A stretch of DNA of 64,000 nucleotides from Clostridiales bacterium (lineage in GTDB: Bacteria > Bacillota > Clostridia > Christensenellales > UBA1242): positions 15,805 to 79,804 of the forward strand of contig SVIA01000001.1 of the NCBI GenBank assembly GCA_015055535.1, in the 5' to 3' direction. The notes beneath the pieces were generated by a model that ran no database searches, was not told the DNA's origin, and saw only the letters and a list, made by a program, of their open reading frames with translations. The position numbers were made by a program, and so were the translations under genes. The first letter of the stretch is position 1, and every line of letters begins with the position of its first letter. Of this stretch, positions 50,901-54,895 are shown piece by piece.

Positions 50901-51956
50901 AGTATCTACATCAGGATTTACAGCAAAAACTTTAAATTTATTTAAATTTTTATTTGCATTTCCTTCATTTGTACTTGTAATTATTGAATTGTTTAATGTC
51001 GTTTTATCAAAAGTTAATTCAACCGCATCAAAATCTAAACCACTTTGTGTGTTTAAAAATACGCCAAAATCGATTTCTTTTTGTGAGTCTACATTAGAAG
51101 CAAGTAAAATTCCGTTTTCTAATAAATAACTTATTGAATTTTCATAATTAACATCTTCTATATTTGCAAAACCTGTAAAGTTTGATTGATATTGATTATT
51201 TATTGCATCTTTTAATCCTAACCCAAACACAACATCTTGTGCTGTTATCTTTCTATAAACTTTAATGGTAACTTCTTTTGAAAGCTGTGGATTATTTACG
51301 CTTGTAACATTAATTTTAACCTCTGTTAAAGGAATATTATCATCACTTAAATATTTTTGTACACTTATTTTTCCATCTGTGCTTAAACTTACACCATGAC
51401 TTTCAACTAAACCATTATCTACAAGAGAATAAACAACATCTCTCTCTGTAGTATTACTAGGTTCAAAATTTATTAAGTTAGAGGTATTTATGAAATAATC
51501 ATTGCCATCAGCAACGACATAAGGTTTATATGTTTGATTAATAGAAAAACTTGTAACCGGAATTTTTACACTTACAGATAAGTTACAAGACTTATTACCT
51601 TCTGCCGATGTAAAAGTGATTACAACCGATGGCTCATATGAAGAAATATTTTCTAACGCTGAAATTTTAAATCTTGCAAAATTGCTATCTGAAGATTCAA
51701 GTTTTTCAACTGTTACAATATTTGGTTTACTCATGCTATATGTAATTTCTCTACTTGCACTGTTTGGCGCATTAGTAATTTTTATAGCAACCTCTTTGCT
51801 CTTTTCTTCCTCCGCTCCATTCATAGTTAATGTAATGTGGCTTTCACCATTTACTTCAATCTTAAAATTTGCATATTTGTTTGTACAACCATATGCAATC
51901 CCTGTAAATGATAAAAACATTAAAATTAAACCTGTTAAAAATTTTTTAAATTTCAT
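32922..51956 (-). CDS. giant surface lipoprotein A (6344 aa): Ig-like beta-sandwich arrays plus at least eight GLUG-motif beta-helix cassettes and one internal cationic amphipathic/hydrophobic segment
   Basis: Uninterrupted 19,035-nt ORF with a GAGGA SD. Signal MKFKKFLTGLILMFLSFTGIAYG|C. Big_2-like units (e.g. ISFTSSNVNVLTIDANGLITIVNTGDATITISY). Very many GLUG-type turns (FGGLVGKNTGTIVGGY, IGGVVGESTGSVNNV, VGGIAGRISGNSFVSG, YVGGIVGILNKGLLTNSYA). Confidence 0.85.
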   Translation of the reverse strand: MKFKKFLTGLILMFLSFTGIAYGCTNKYANFKIEVNGESHITLTMNGAEEEKSKEVAIKITNAPNSASREITYSMSKPNIVTVEKLESSDSNFARFKISALENISSYEPSVVITFTSAEGNKSCNLSVSVKIPVTSFSINQTYKPYVVADGNDYFINTSNLINFEPSNTTERDVVYSLVDNGLVESHGVSLSTDGKISVQKYLSDDNIPLTEVKINVTSVNNPQLSKEVTIKVYRKITAQDVVFGLGLKDAINNQYQSNFTGFANIEDVNYENSISYLLENGILLASNVDSQKEIDFGVFLNTQSGLDFDAVELTFDKTTLNNSIITSTNEGNANKNLNKFKVFAVNPDVDTIELTLKYKGVNEYGISFVIPIIVREYPISLVVNKSTQTTYNVFDYYSGSDNGQAFNAIISKAGAFDKTYKVEISKNDFDLLEVRYQYEILDYETFTGLNFDNNSIFYIKAKTLDEPITGVKLTFISNVYSESYDNSNIVKEIDLNLNPGIRMLSYTETNNELYLESGKSIDINYLVNGLTNSELASFVQLNVIKGAELVQVTQDVINSKFTIKSLGETGKIEFKLYSENGLETESKFINIYNYDENAEDNMILDLSSNNIKKVVENSDTKYFVGLVTGKNTANFSVINPFNASIYDVKVESNNTDVVKVGIINSSKLNFYLTAVGKSVSAATITVTITLYNDNENVNSLVAGQVVTKTFNIETYWPIEKIDVLEDEIVLVDGAGLDIDSLNKQLNVLCVEDYLNIRKNDNDLSNIAVNYTMPASLRENDDYTLEDVIDSKFDKIKFAAGKNHVFNNGEYIFGFTVRIEDLPGSNEYHLVNLKVKLVKHVAPSGINILNDKGYLYLENTQTLGQILAEVYNENGKQVTNPSLNYEVKEGNSVTVDNNGVVTVKTGGVTKVEVRANASQYAENGNYSVTKAIYVVVADGSSAYPYVLKNPSATVSGKYYTLDRNLEVTSANTITNFAGLNGKFVYSEYANLKNKDAIYNLVFKGTLNNVNVFGTEIPQNTTIENLNVIIASGQSINTSANYGILSNINNGTVKNVTLQIQPSTFTISQPANNEIINVGTMFAENNGTIEKCVVSGGNSYGVITVNNNNNYSGLVFGGLVGKNTGTIVGGYNYLNKTEEKQVTANLNINVNVENAIIGGVVGESTGSVNNVKALVKLDTNSNEVGGLVGEFNSTSENSNLMFEGVINSTKAGSLVGGIASKAINGSFKLIFVELANLSKTTYGANIVGTTVGGLFAKAENTEISYSFVNSLVALENYYDIKGTTVGGLVAEANNVKFTAVYTDVILSGTDVGALVYSATNCSVTDAYSYSVNADASVSIALVSIVTNSTIQNTYSTGSAYVYGTVGSDETKNNYTKYNYSAVLSNDVFKTGNFVYKTNVNNGLPYLNYNGIGLITIEPEYIEANFVVKNSVENSSNKYYFGYDNNIIVVNEDNMVNKAVIYKTNNLIYNINNIINSNVEGNEHISFTSSNVNVLTIDANGLITIVNTGDATITISYLNKLSVELYVSVVEKVESLKLLNLTGEHNNEFKILTNKTKELGISLNDGKDAGVYFKFKADIKENALYNNTVVENSEIYSSNSLHIFKGLSDVTTTFNIAPYYNVKFNNIAYNFVDYSLLKNNLSFIVTTGATSIYSDVRQVELIETESISFDVYVANGSKLDFVVYDSNGKEINNALNFDISEKTSNTDKIFTVIVSSANIGAETDKIYTVKFFDETNTDLNLEIEVLVRSVKLISVELNHFASSLTQIDQFNSLITPDKLPSTEIVAGNLGVLNINLYPSYAQLSKLEIISSVNNNVAINFNQLAYKDKDLVVIAHENSIQNGLQLSLNKSKINNGVFSYDGNIYVSTLLPTNVIEDTIFTVTVIAYYNQGTEKIETTIELIAKPLTTIILENTDGTKDNFYLAKGSELKLNVKSVNLPEGLLLGEDNFIIESDAEITKSFENNVLTLSTDILSTSGTKITITPTFTHYMYGKEVTSNSQPIEIEIVDFVIKGLIVEGAQDGVLNNNVGNSTLLKAKLDVIKCNETFSASTEYEKASALSNINLKIQHLEEMISKSYLSWNLVTQTTGGNFVYTNLIDGANHGNFTVSTSDDGYLLINGKSVSTNNLLLKANIIYENGSPNVYNFADIEFRTEFGLNIQTYSSSDHPIPVYSYEDFVNMQEGQNYILLNDITIDSSFTGISTKIASLDGNNKTINLQGFTITETNVNNLGIFNEVSSDTIIKNVKVNLLPTIFYDSTTYYYGLNINAQNLTALNFGIIAGTNNGIITNCEIINNNLRLINNANQYETITIKVNTSTNSEVNIGLISGVNNGYITNSKVGTKASIFENGNTKYYNKISINSSANIGGLTAVNNNKIASSFVVNTIIYNNSKTQYTAGFVAENNGQVVTSYVEGNTESYGLNHVYPNAYSEGGIYANNYAGGFVNINNGNIKDCYANLKVTTNKRSAGFVYDNTNGTVETSYSASINGGDSAQAFRYFTGNNEENVVLNNKGIKYCYYAFNGDINGSDKDAYLEPANGIGSFENSKYFEGFISDNSSSTIWVFEEGKMPTLYDANVNTISERKLVDDQGSNTEQYNYVYTNSIYNIGTKYNPIIVATSQELLSALTDSNNLYSYYFNGKIRQTNVNYKHIRLIKDIDLSSIIDNNTLVSSANEVAKLQDIIFAGNLNGNGMIIDKVTIAAKNNSTNYSSFGLFKQIGVESTYNNVGNIYNDKLDEDNCTVIKNINFKIDAISATQTRSVGTLSGEVINSKLYNINVSSDNGVVVVGRNLVGGIAGRISGNSFVSGVSSSLSVQATHDNQTTDFTYNLISEKQIYKYTYNTITEKLNNNVSFVGGLFGVVDIYKTVVRQFSQQSNMNSYYVNALIDRTNTQDSSNAHITFTSTYGDIKLQGDVVGGLFGYVGEGSIVFDTTFVLNESNTQNIIADYAAGGIAGESSGYITYAKVELKEEIQLERDKDATYKNAYLFSNENNKAYYVGGIVGILNKGLLTNSYAKVDIVAKNTIYVGSSVGLFNRANIDHVYTVSYLEAQDMEKQPSGLITKNKGYAGFIGRVSVFGASNFAQNSSILDAVSLIKNTETSENFSLASMIGYNDAAGVELINCEVGHCTTLPASNGLSVSGVTNNSLSEYIAKNCGFINYSNDNWCLPDEYRTYPYLIYNKKGSLKSITNEDDLRNMLRAGSYELTQDIYLTKPWVPLENFTGRLSSALRDSSEAAEKHGSSYYKIYNLNIDASAAGINNVGFFKKLSNNSVIENVSFVVGSMYADPKEGDNKNDENFNPATPMASWEAYLANSPSNKLGINVISGGTATSQLSLGAVSAQADSATLKNVNVEYVNGGINTNIQNVGGVIGSTTGNGVTLTNVKVSNLTINKQTNYYPQTNEDSKNTHNVGAILGSGSVSLTNANVNKYSLTVENPTNNVNTFVNGNFGAVFGNVSIKSDIKNVTLNNVNIVTKGGKDIYVGGLAGKLSATTSCGIKNVQVNQINITTSTYTNSSDCNIHVGGLFGFVEGRNTNEITIDKVSILGNNVESIISVEATSASSVTTINVASLIGNAINVTAKNIYVGNALSVKMKLDDTTNANVAGLIAFAKNCTVGNSVSATNITVRDASKLDSHENFNVSGIIANANTVNESTSPTYFVGKITAYTACLSNIAGIIGRVSGDCYFTNYYFIEDLAQVNVRNTDYGNAISYSNFVNSKLNSVKEVFNSILETETDDIQLTVDNYTKENGTFTEGSVYDPIEKDNDINSTSDNQYYLLTSNIIVSTPIEALKGNIIGNGKTITVSTKTLAKTISPNALLSSVVIKLEEGNVSINGINYVEYIKTTDANGNIIEDETDIHSIVTGANNGTLFNCVVVGNMYTKSDIHLAPVTIENTGLINNVTSNVRIMIEVDSNVAVKGLGNKIAGFVAINNSTITNSIAVGSIEVYQGESNYNVNTVNEWCSNMAGFVSQAADIMVNNVCAVTLPETKLDNNNYEIYNNSFANASTDAKFANNYVDIFANGNFDVDYRYNNGVNYVKTNEIYDKLWADNNSSEIWTESNLGVLYGYSYPQLSIYEDDDFIDDALITSIVVDNKTYYNAINLGVFEKIFTVCDTYDEININLVRSFVGLVYENKLPEDAEPGANVNKVNEVAYVYTPKEIKKSLNILGNGYAINGLVIDSASIKNESLEEESLEYGLFYNNLSKFTDSSNQEKDLVINIKNFALTNLTLTAEISEKHINIGSIISSAEANVNLDGCYADGIIQTIAKSEELIQFASNYNLNAGGLVGLLNGSENNILNSVSNIEINVKELNTYIKTPNSADNIDHSTQTAHDVINFCGFITNAGGIAGNVKNTTIDTCYSLKDIVVSDSISANIAGIAGSVTSGTISNNSTISKPMYSGSYLGYYQDNGTTNLYYTINAIVGKNSGATIDTTKINKYSQLLSFVGDSNINSESETHEILSSFANDNNPFALHSGAYAGSYNSSQMVKLPKVVEITANNLGEVAEHMSFDGTTYTFTPHNDKFYIITLTEGSKVEFDTTNIAVTKTVMVSGQNTTITTYELNNTIIIFENNVVTTVESGTIFDKVINGTISNLTILGNGVAKENAYLSKEINNTKLFNITVKNPYVLNVKDDVIGQHGILVNKAENSVLTNITIGEGRLQIKEQTEKVYAGAVVGYAANTIVNNAKNNATITIENIEKECLTAGIIGYASKNVSMFQCYNNGNIYAKSKGAVKTQISGIANGNMNLIVSFSQNIGRIKIVHSGAGGSFDRYASGVANNAKILYSINKGQVLIVAESTSTASGIGSNSTILYSYNHGNIVSNKYLYLIGSGSNVYGCYNIGNGYRQGASQLQLMSDLNPKEKFVYGIDDIAFGISKANQSGTGENQWYYYLANANKDLIVDQTTDDKTSLEGAVSAEKLDIISGQNGVKLSLLRIRLIDESFYTLKTNADKDTYLIYTAFDLWYWQYYCIEDKQADGTTAMNVELMDDIDMSNYLYNTTQDKTFSGTFNGNYHTISWLVITPNADNTGLTHIGFIGKNAGTIKNIYFQDCRIETLNMQNIKLVDGTKRFGIVAAENSGTIQNVLVGATNSNVTFIDINYNDYDAPTGTAAWLYIGTITGYNTGTLSQCEVINLKTNGISYDIDFGSACSIIPWVYKSLYVFAGGIVGVTNGGSVTNCTYLSYLDGKVYNSTQSFSADEGGLGTAATVLVGYPFYSYVHHYTGPIVGRNGDYRNKSASCEVPTTDSSGIVSNCYYLQNSDLTSDELWGMETSGVDHYMHTGLIQNIMLAKRWGKWFFKGGVKTLKAAKETLRYTKWFYKKGAKAIDVAKDMGKVAKASNPVGWILLIAELALEAAQEIHNGTSYYHLTNTEGKEGDLSNYENIAYNSPYFNTFVQDSIGYESTFIDIASKRMGINSDTDKDSNLIPMLTNFLNLSKTKTAANTNADGDYVVNSANKLAWTLEYGDKTKKIILTDNIDMSTKIWDIDINPDDYSNSTIISNGFTVVLGANGKEDVYENITGEGKATNLVTLLTNKNIDFVVDVAAADNYGFFGDVARNDVKVSYDNFKKNFKEAYIQERMSEENYRSYWQGALGNNIQEELKTEYNNYADEYAGKLTEGYYPIINAKQLEIIADALTTYTTSDGIAHVGIDFTGMTFKILNDIDLSNSRITSLDYFDYEISKINVTYLAENNYKTETLDESAFNSFNKGKIIDTQFILKAPIFFPAVNGENTVDEKTIEMLWVQSQIFNGTITADEVNRPTIIVKDNLFYDLAPYAKISNLIVAPKNTTIDIMDNYNAYGWLVSNNNGELNNISLNLNGISDLTINYEFEYASMITSESIVYDSSSNPLQITGSDSLSVGLIVGQNAQNATINNCNIINANQITINTNINIQYSVTELDIAGQETVENGDGSQTVTKQMIDLDSETYRDSKRAITIDNYFGLIAGSNAGIISNIALDGITINYNNNVSVDDRLNCYYNSQTGGYAIKSGKKFILQRNNYVGLVSGVSSYSVDPILNISLSNCIFNFNAICTLKNNTTGIEDNDYNQGNITYYGAIAGLLESSLKTITLINNRWNVTYLGLGGVSININDENPNEDYKNSCTGGAIAGMLVPSIKLLTKVVNNEFLICANVNLAEFENIVTDATWFGKIIDYKYGKVEIGEDNNNKLYTGYIFAYSDITGKYEKIMQIEYIEYNGSSQKLCGSVNKDSSVDTSKTDIVFPTNPRKEIVIEIARTTVVKDENGSTVIADNYSNLNITNFNSNNFVVINYNNLKIELVNGNTLYVSTNFSTFADVKSIIMKQSDGTSIDTGATHNGTITYGGETRDVNATVSYTPISQANKIGFTVTETIKILPKEQPETT
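51885..51956 (-). other. lipoprotein signal peptide of giant A (Cys at residue 24)
   Basis: Same length and layout as in giant B. The lipobox A-Y-G-C is non-canonical at positions -3/-2 but has the G-C junction. Confidence 0.55.
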
Positions 51957-52036
51957 AACTTATCCTCACATATTATTGTGTTTCATATTTATATTTTTTA
52001 TAACTTTCTTAATATTATAAAATATTAATTTATATA

Positions 52037-52066
52037 ATTATAGTAATAATTGCAATAATTTGTCAA
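52037..52066 (-). promoter_or_regulatory. promoter of the giant-lipoprotein operon
   Basis: Minus strand TTGACA (52061-52066), 18 nt, TATAAT (52037-52042). Leader of about 75 nt to the ATG at 51956. Confidence 0.5.
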
Positions 52067-52108
52067 GCATTTGCTTTAACTTAAAATAAAAAATAACACG
52101 TTAATTCT

Positions 52109-52137
52109 TTGACAAAACACCTTATTTTTTATACAAT
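52109..52137 (+). promoter_or_regulatory. promoter placed for a leaderless ttcA-like transcript
   Basis: TTGACA (52109-52114), 17 nt, TACAAT (52132-52137), then 6 nt (TTAAAA) before the ATG at 52144. No SD. Confidence 0.45.
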
Positions 52138-52143
52138 TTAAAA

Positions 52144-52878
52144 ATGATACAAAAATTATTATCAAAGTTTAGAAAATGCATAGAAACATATAACTTAATA
52201 GAAGAAAATGATAAAATTGCTGTAGGACTTTCTGGCGGAAAAGATAGCTTAATTTTGTTAACACTTTTAGCAAAATTTAAACGTTTTTCGCCTAAAAAGT
52301 TTGATTTAATTGCAATAACAATAGATTTATTTGACGGAAAAAGCGATTTTTCAGAAATCATAAAATATTGTAACGAGTTAAATGTTGAATTAAAAATTGT
52401 TAAAAGCCAAATTTATGACATTGTTTTTACCGAAAGAAAAGAAAAAAATCCTTGTTCGTTATGTGCTAAACTAAGACGCGGAATTTTAAACACTAAAGCC
52501 AAAGAATTTGGATGCAATAAAGTAGCTTTAGGACATACAAGAGATGATCTTGTTGAAACATTTTTTTTAAGCATGTTTTTTGAGGGTAGACTTTCTACCT
52601 TTGCTCCAAAAACTTATCTATCAAACAGCGATATTACCGTTATTAGACCAATAATTTTTATAGAAGAAAGAGAGACAATAAACGATAGTAAAAACCTGCC
52701 AATTTTTAAAAATTTATGTCCAGCAAATCACCACACACAAAGGGAAAAAATAAAACAACTTTTAGCGCAAATAAAACAAGAAATTCCCATTTCTTCTGAT
52801 CGTATTTTTAGAGCAATAATTAGCCCCGAAAGTTACAATTTATACGATAAATTTACTACAAAAAAGGATAAAAATTAA
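52144..52878 (+). CDS. ttcA: PP-loop ATPase of the TtcA / tRNA 2-thiocytidine synthase family
   Basis: VGLSGGKDSLIL (SGGxDS PP-loop), NPCSLCAKLRRGIL (CxxC plus RRG), LGHTRDD. Confidence 0.7.
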   Translation: MIQKLLSKFRKCIETYNLIEENDKIAVGLSGGKDSLILLTLLAKFKRFSPKKFDLIAITIDLFDGKSDFSEIIKYCNELNVELKIVKSQIYDIVFTERKEKNPCSLCAKLRRGILNTKAKEFGCNKVALGHTRDDLVETFFLSMFFEGRLSTFAPKTYLSNSDITVIRPIIFIEERETINDSKNLPIFKNLCPANHHTQREKIKQLLAQIKQEIPISSDRIFRAIISPESYNLYDKFTTKKDKN

Positions 52879-52879
52879 C

Positions 52880-53422
52880 ATGAAAAATATACAAAAATTA
52901 AAGAAAAATTTTGTAATAAATACAAATTTTGTTGAAAAAACTAGCTTTAATGAGCCAGTTTATATAATAGATAGTACAAAAGAAAATATAACTGTTTATA
53001 CAATTAAAAATAAAAATATTGTTACTACAAAAACCATTAAAATAGATGAAAAATTAAACTCGAAAACCTTTATAACTGTAAAAGATTTTTTAAAAAAATG
53101 TACTTTAGATAACACTGAATTTAAAATTGAAAAAGTTAATAACGGAGATGTTTATATAAGAGTTGCTTACTTTAATGATTTATCATTATTTTTTAGAATA
53201 GGAAAAACAAATAAATTTATTTTAACAAACATAAAAGCCTATAAATTTTACCCAACAAAAAATAATACTTATCAAGCATTAAATAATATCGAAACTTTAA
53301 GCGATTTTGAAAAAGATAAAATAGCACGATACTTGAAAAACTTTAAAAATATAAAAAGAGATTTAATGTTTTCTTTAAACAAAAGTTTAGAAGCTTTAAA
53401 AAAATCTTGCAAACCAAGTTAA
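52880..53422 (+). CDS. hypothetical protein (180 aa)
   Basis: The ORF starts 1 nt after the ttcA stop (translational coupling). K/N-rich, no recognisable motif. Confidence 0.5.
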   Translation: MKNIQKLKKNFVINTNFVEKTSFNEPVYIIDSTKENITVYTIKNKNIVTTKTIKIDEKLNSKTFITVKDFLKKCTLDNTEFKIEKVNNGDVYIRVAYFNDLSLFFRIGKTNKFILTNIKAYKFYPTKNNTYQALNNIETLSDFEKDKIARYLKNFKNIKRDLMFSLNKSLEALKKSCKPS

Positions 53423-53454
53423 AAGTTTATAGTTAGTCCTATAAAAATCAAAAA

Positions 53455-53498
53455 AACAGGCAAAATAATTAAATTTGACCTGTTTTTTCTTTTTTTTT
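53455..53498. terminator. terminator between convergent genes
   Basis: Stem AACAGG(CAAA)/(TTTG)ACCTGTT, followed by TTTTTTCTTTTTTTT. Confidence 0.45.
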
Positions 53499-53526
53499 AC
53501 AATAGATTTTTCAAAAATATTAGTTT

Positions 53527-53781
53527 TTATGGTTTTAACTTTTTATTGTTTTTATATTTGTTTTTAGTAGCCATTCCACCCCTTATGTGTTTTTCTTTAA
53601 AATTTTGTTGCAAGTACCTATGTAATTTTAAATATAAATTATAGTTTATTTCAATTAATTTTTTTGCAACATAATAATGAAGTGTACTTTTCGGAATATT
53701 GTAAATTTTAGCAGTTTTTCGTATAGTTAATTTGTTATCTAAAATAAAATTTGCCAATTGCAAAATTTGTGTATCATTCAT
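53527..53781 (-). CDS. SpoIIID-family helix-turn-helix transcriptional regulator (84 aa)
   Basis: TIRKTAKIYNIPKSTLHYYVAKKL.EIN..LY.KL...L..N..EKHIRGGMATKNKYK parallels B. subtilis SpoIIID (TVRVIAKEFGVSKSTVHKDL..LPEINPDL...V..IL.YHKSIRHLRGGEATKLKYK). Confidence 0.7.
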   Translation of the reverse strand: MNDTQILQLANFILDNKLTIRKTAKIYNIPKSTLHYYVAKKLIEINYNLYLKLHRYLQQNFKEKHIRGGMATKNKYKNNKKLKP

Positions 53782-53979
53782 ATTTTATAATCTCCTCTGG
53801 TATAAAATATGATAAAAATTTTTATAATATGCTATAATTCTACAAAATAATTACAAGTTAATAGTAGCATTAAAAATATACTATTTTAAATTATCAACTT
53901 AATTTTTTATATTTTTCGAAAATAAAATTTTTTCTATCAAATTATATCAAAATTATTAAAATTTTATTTTTACAATTAA

Positions 53980-54008
53980 TTTACAAAATGTCTTTTTTAT
54001 TATATAAT
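53980..54008 (+). promoter_or_regulatory. candidate promoter for the TIM-barrel gene
   Basis: TTTACA (53980-53985), 17 nt, TATAAT (54003-54008). Confidence 0.4.
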
Positions 54009-54067
54009 ATAATACAACTTTAAAATCAAATTAAAAAAAACAATTAATTAACAAAAGAGGTATTATT

Positions 54068-54844
54068 TTGAGAAAAAAATCTGTAAATATATATTACACA
54101 ACAAGCATTGATACAAAAGAAAAATTAAATTTAATAAAAGATGCCGGCTATGATGAATTTCATACTGGAATTAGAGAAGAAATAGAAACAATGAACCTTG
54201 CAGAGCAAATTGATTATGCAAAATCTTTAGGCCTAACTTGTACAATGATACATTGTCAGTATAACATTCCAAATGTAAATGATTTTTGGAATGATAATGA
54301 AATTGGTGAAAAACTTTTTAATTGGTACTCTTCTCAATTAAAAAGTTGCAAAGGTTTAACAAAAAATTTCGTGGTACACTTAAATGCGGGGTTTGACAGT
54401 AAAATAAGTGAAGTTGGATTGTCACGAGTAAAAAAACTTTTAGAAATTTGTGACGAACTAGATATAAACTTATGTGTAGAGAATTTGTTCTCAACAGAAG
54501 AAATTCCATATTTATTTAAAAACATTAAAAACAAACATTTAAAAATTTGTTTTGATAGTGGTCATAGAAATTTTTTAACTCCAGATTTTGATGTAATGAA
54601 AGACTATGGAAACCACGTTTCAGTTTTACATTTACATGATAATTTTGGAAAAACCGATGAACACAATATTTGCGGCAATGGCACAATTGATTGGGATGAC
54701 TTTGCTAAAAATGTGGCAAAGCATAAGGATCTTGTTCTTTGCGCTGAATTAAAAGAAGAAAAACCAGATATAAATTATTTAAGAAAGCAAATGGAAGAGT
54801 TTAATAAATTAGATAAATTAATTGAAAAATATGAAAATTTATAA
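54068..54844 (+). CDS. sugar phosphate isomerase/epimerase (xylose isomerase-like TIM barrel, AP-endonuclease-2 superfamily)
   Basis: TTG start with an AGAGG SD. Metal-ligand pattern VHLNAG ... CVENL ... CFDSGH ... LHLHDN..KTDEH..G.GTIDW, typical of this family. Confidence 0.6.
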   Translation: MRKKSVNIYYTTSIDTKEKLNLIKDAGYDEFHTGIREEIETMNLAEQIDYAKSLGLTCTMIHCQYNIPNVNDFWNDNEIGEKLFNWYSSQLKSCKGLTKNFVVHLNAGFDSKISEVGLSRVKKLLEICDELDINLCVENLFSTEEIPYLFKNIKNKHLKICFDSGHRNFLTPDFDVMKDYGNHVSVLHLHDNFGKTDEHNICGNGTIDWDDFAKNVAKHKDLVLCAELKEEKPDINYLRKQMEEFNKLDKLIEKYENL

Positions 54845-54853
54845 TTAGATTTA

Positions 54854-54884
54854 TAAAAAAACGCACATATATGCGTTTTTTTTA
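54854..54884. terminator. bidirectional terminator
   Basis: Stem ACGCA/TGCGT (54861-54865 / 54872-54876) between an A7 run and a T8 run. It serves the convergent 54068-54844 and 54896-55906 genes. Confidence 0.55.
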
Positions 54885-54895
54885 TAAATATTAAT

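Noticed and set aside
33256-51129. About a dozen 60-113-aa plus-strand ORFs inside the giant gene A (e.g. 48223-48564, 47119-47388, 50857-51129). Also the 134-aa ORF at 51616-52020 and the one at 31235-31471 inside gene B.
   Set aside because: All are antisense to a continuous, motif-rich 19-kb/10-kb reading frame. They have no SD, and their L/F/S/T/P-rich low-complexity translations are what the reverse complement of N/K/G/V/T-rich codons produces. They are statistical shadows, not genes.
22282-51956. Possibility that the periodic signal in the giant genes is a CRISPR array, a satellite, or recent tandem DNA duplication.
   Set aside because: The periodicity exists at the protein-motif level only. 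I could find no long exact or near-exact DNA repeats and no repeat-spacer structure, and the region is one continuous ORF in each gene.
22282-51956. Giants as Zmp/IgA1-protease-type (M26) metalloproteases or sortase-anchored adhesins, given the GLUG motifs.
   Set aside because: Scanning both translations, I found no HExxH motif and no C-terminal LPxTG plus hydrophobic-basic tail. Anchoring appears to be by N-terminal lipidation instead.
51900-52066. Phase variation of the giant operon by simple-sequence repeats in the promoter or 5' coding region.
   Set aside because: The longest homopolymers near the promoters and starts are A6/T5 (ATGAAATTTAAAAAATTTTT). There is no poly-G/C, no run of 8 or more, and no tandem oligonucleotide repeats or invertible-segment inverted repeats that I could see.
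52122-52361. 79-aa minus-strand ORF overlapping the ttcA-like gene.
   Set aside because: It is antisense to a gene with a clear PP-loop signature and has no SD.
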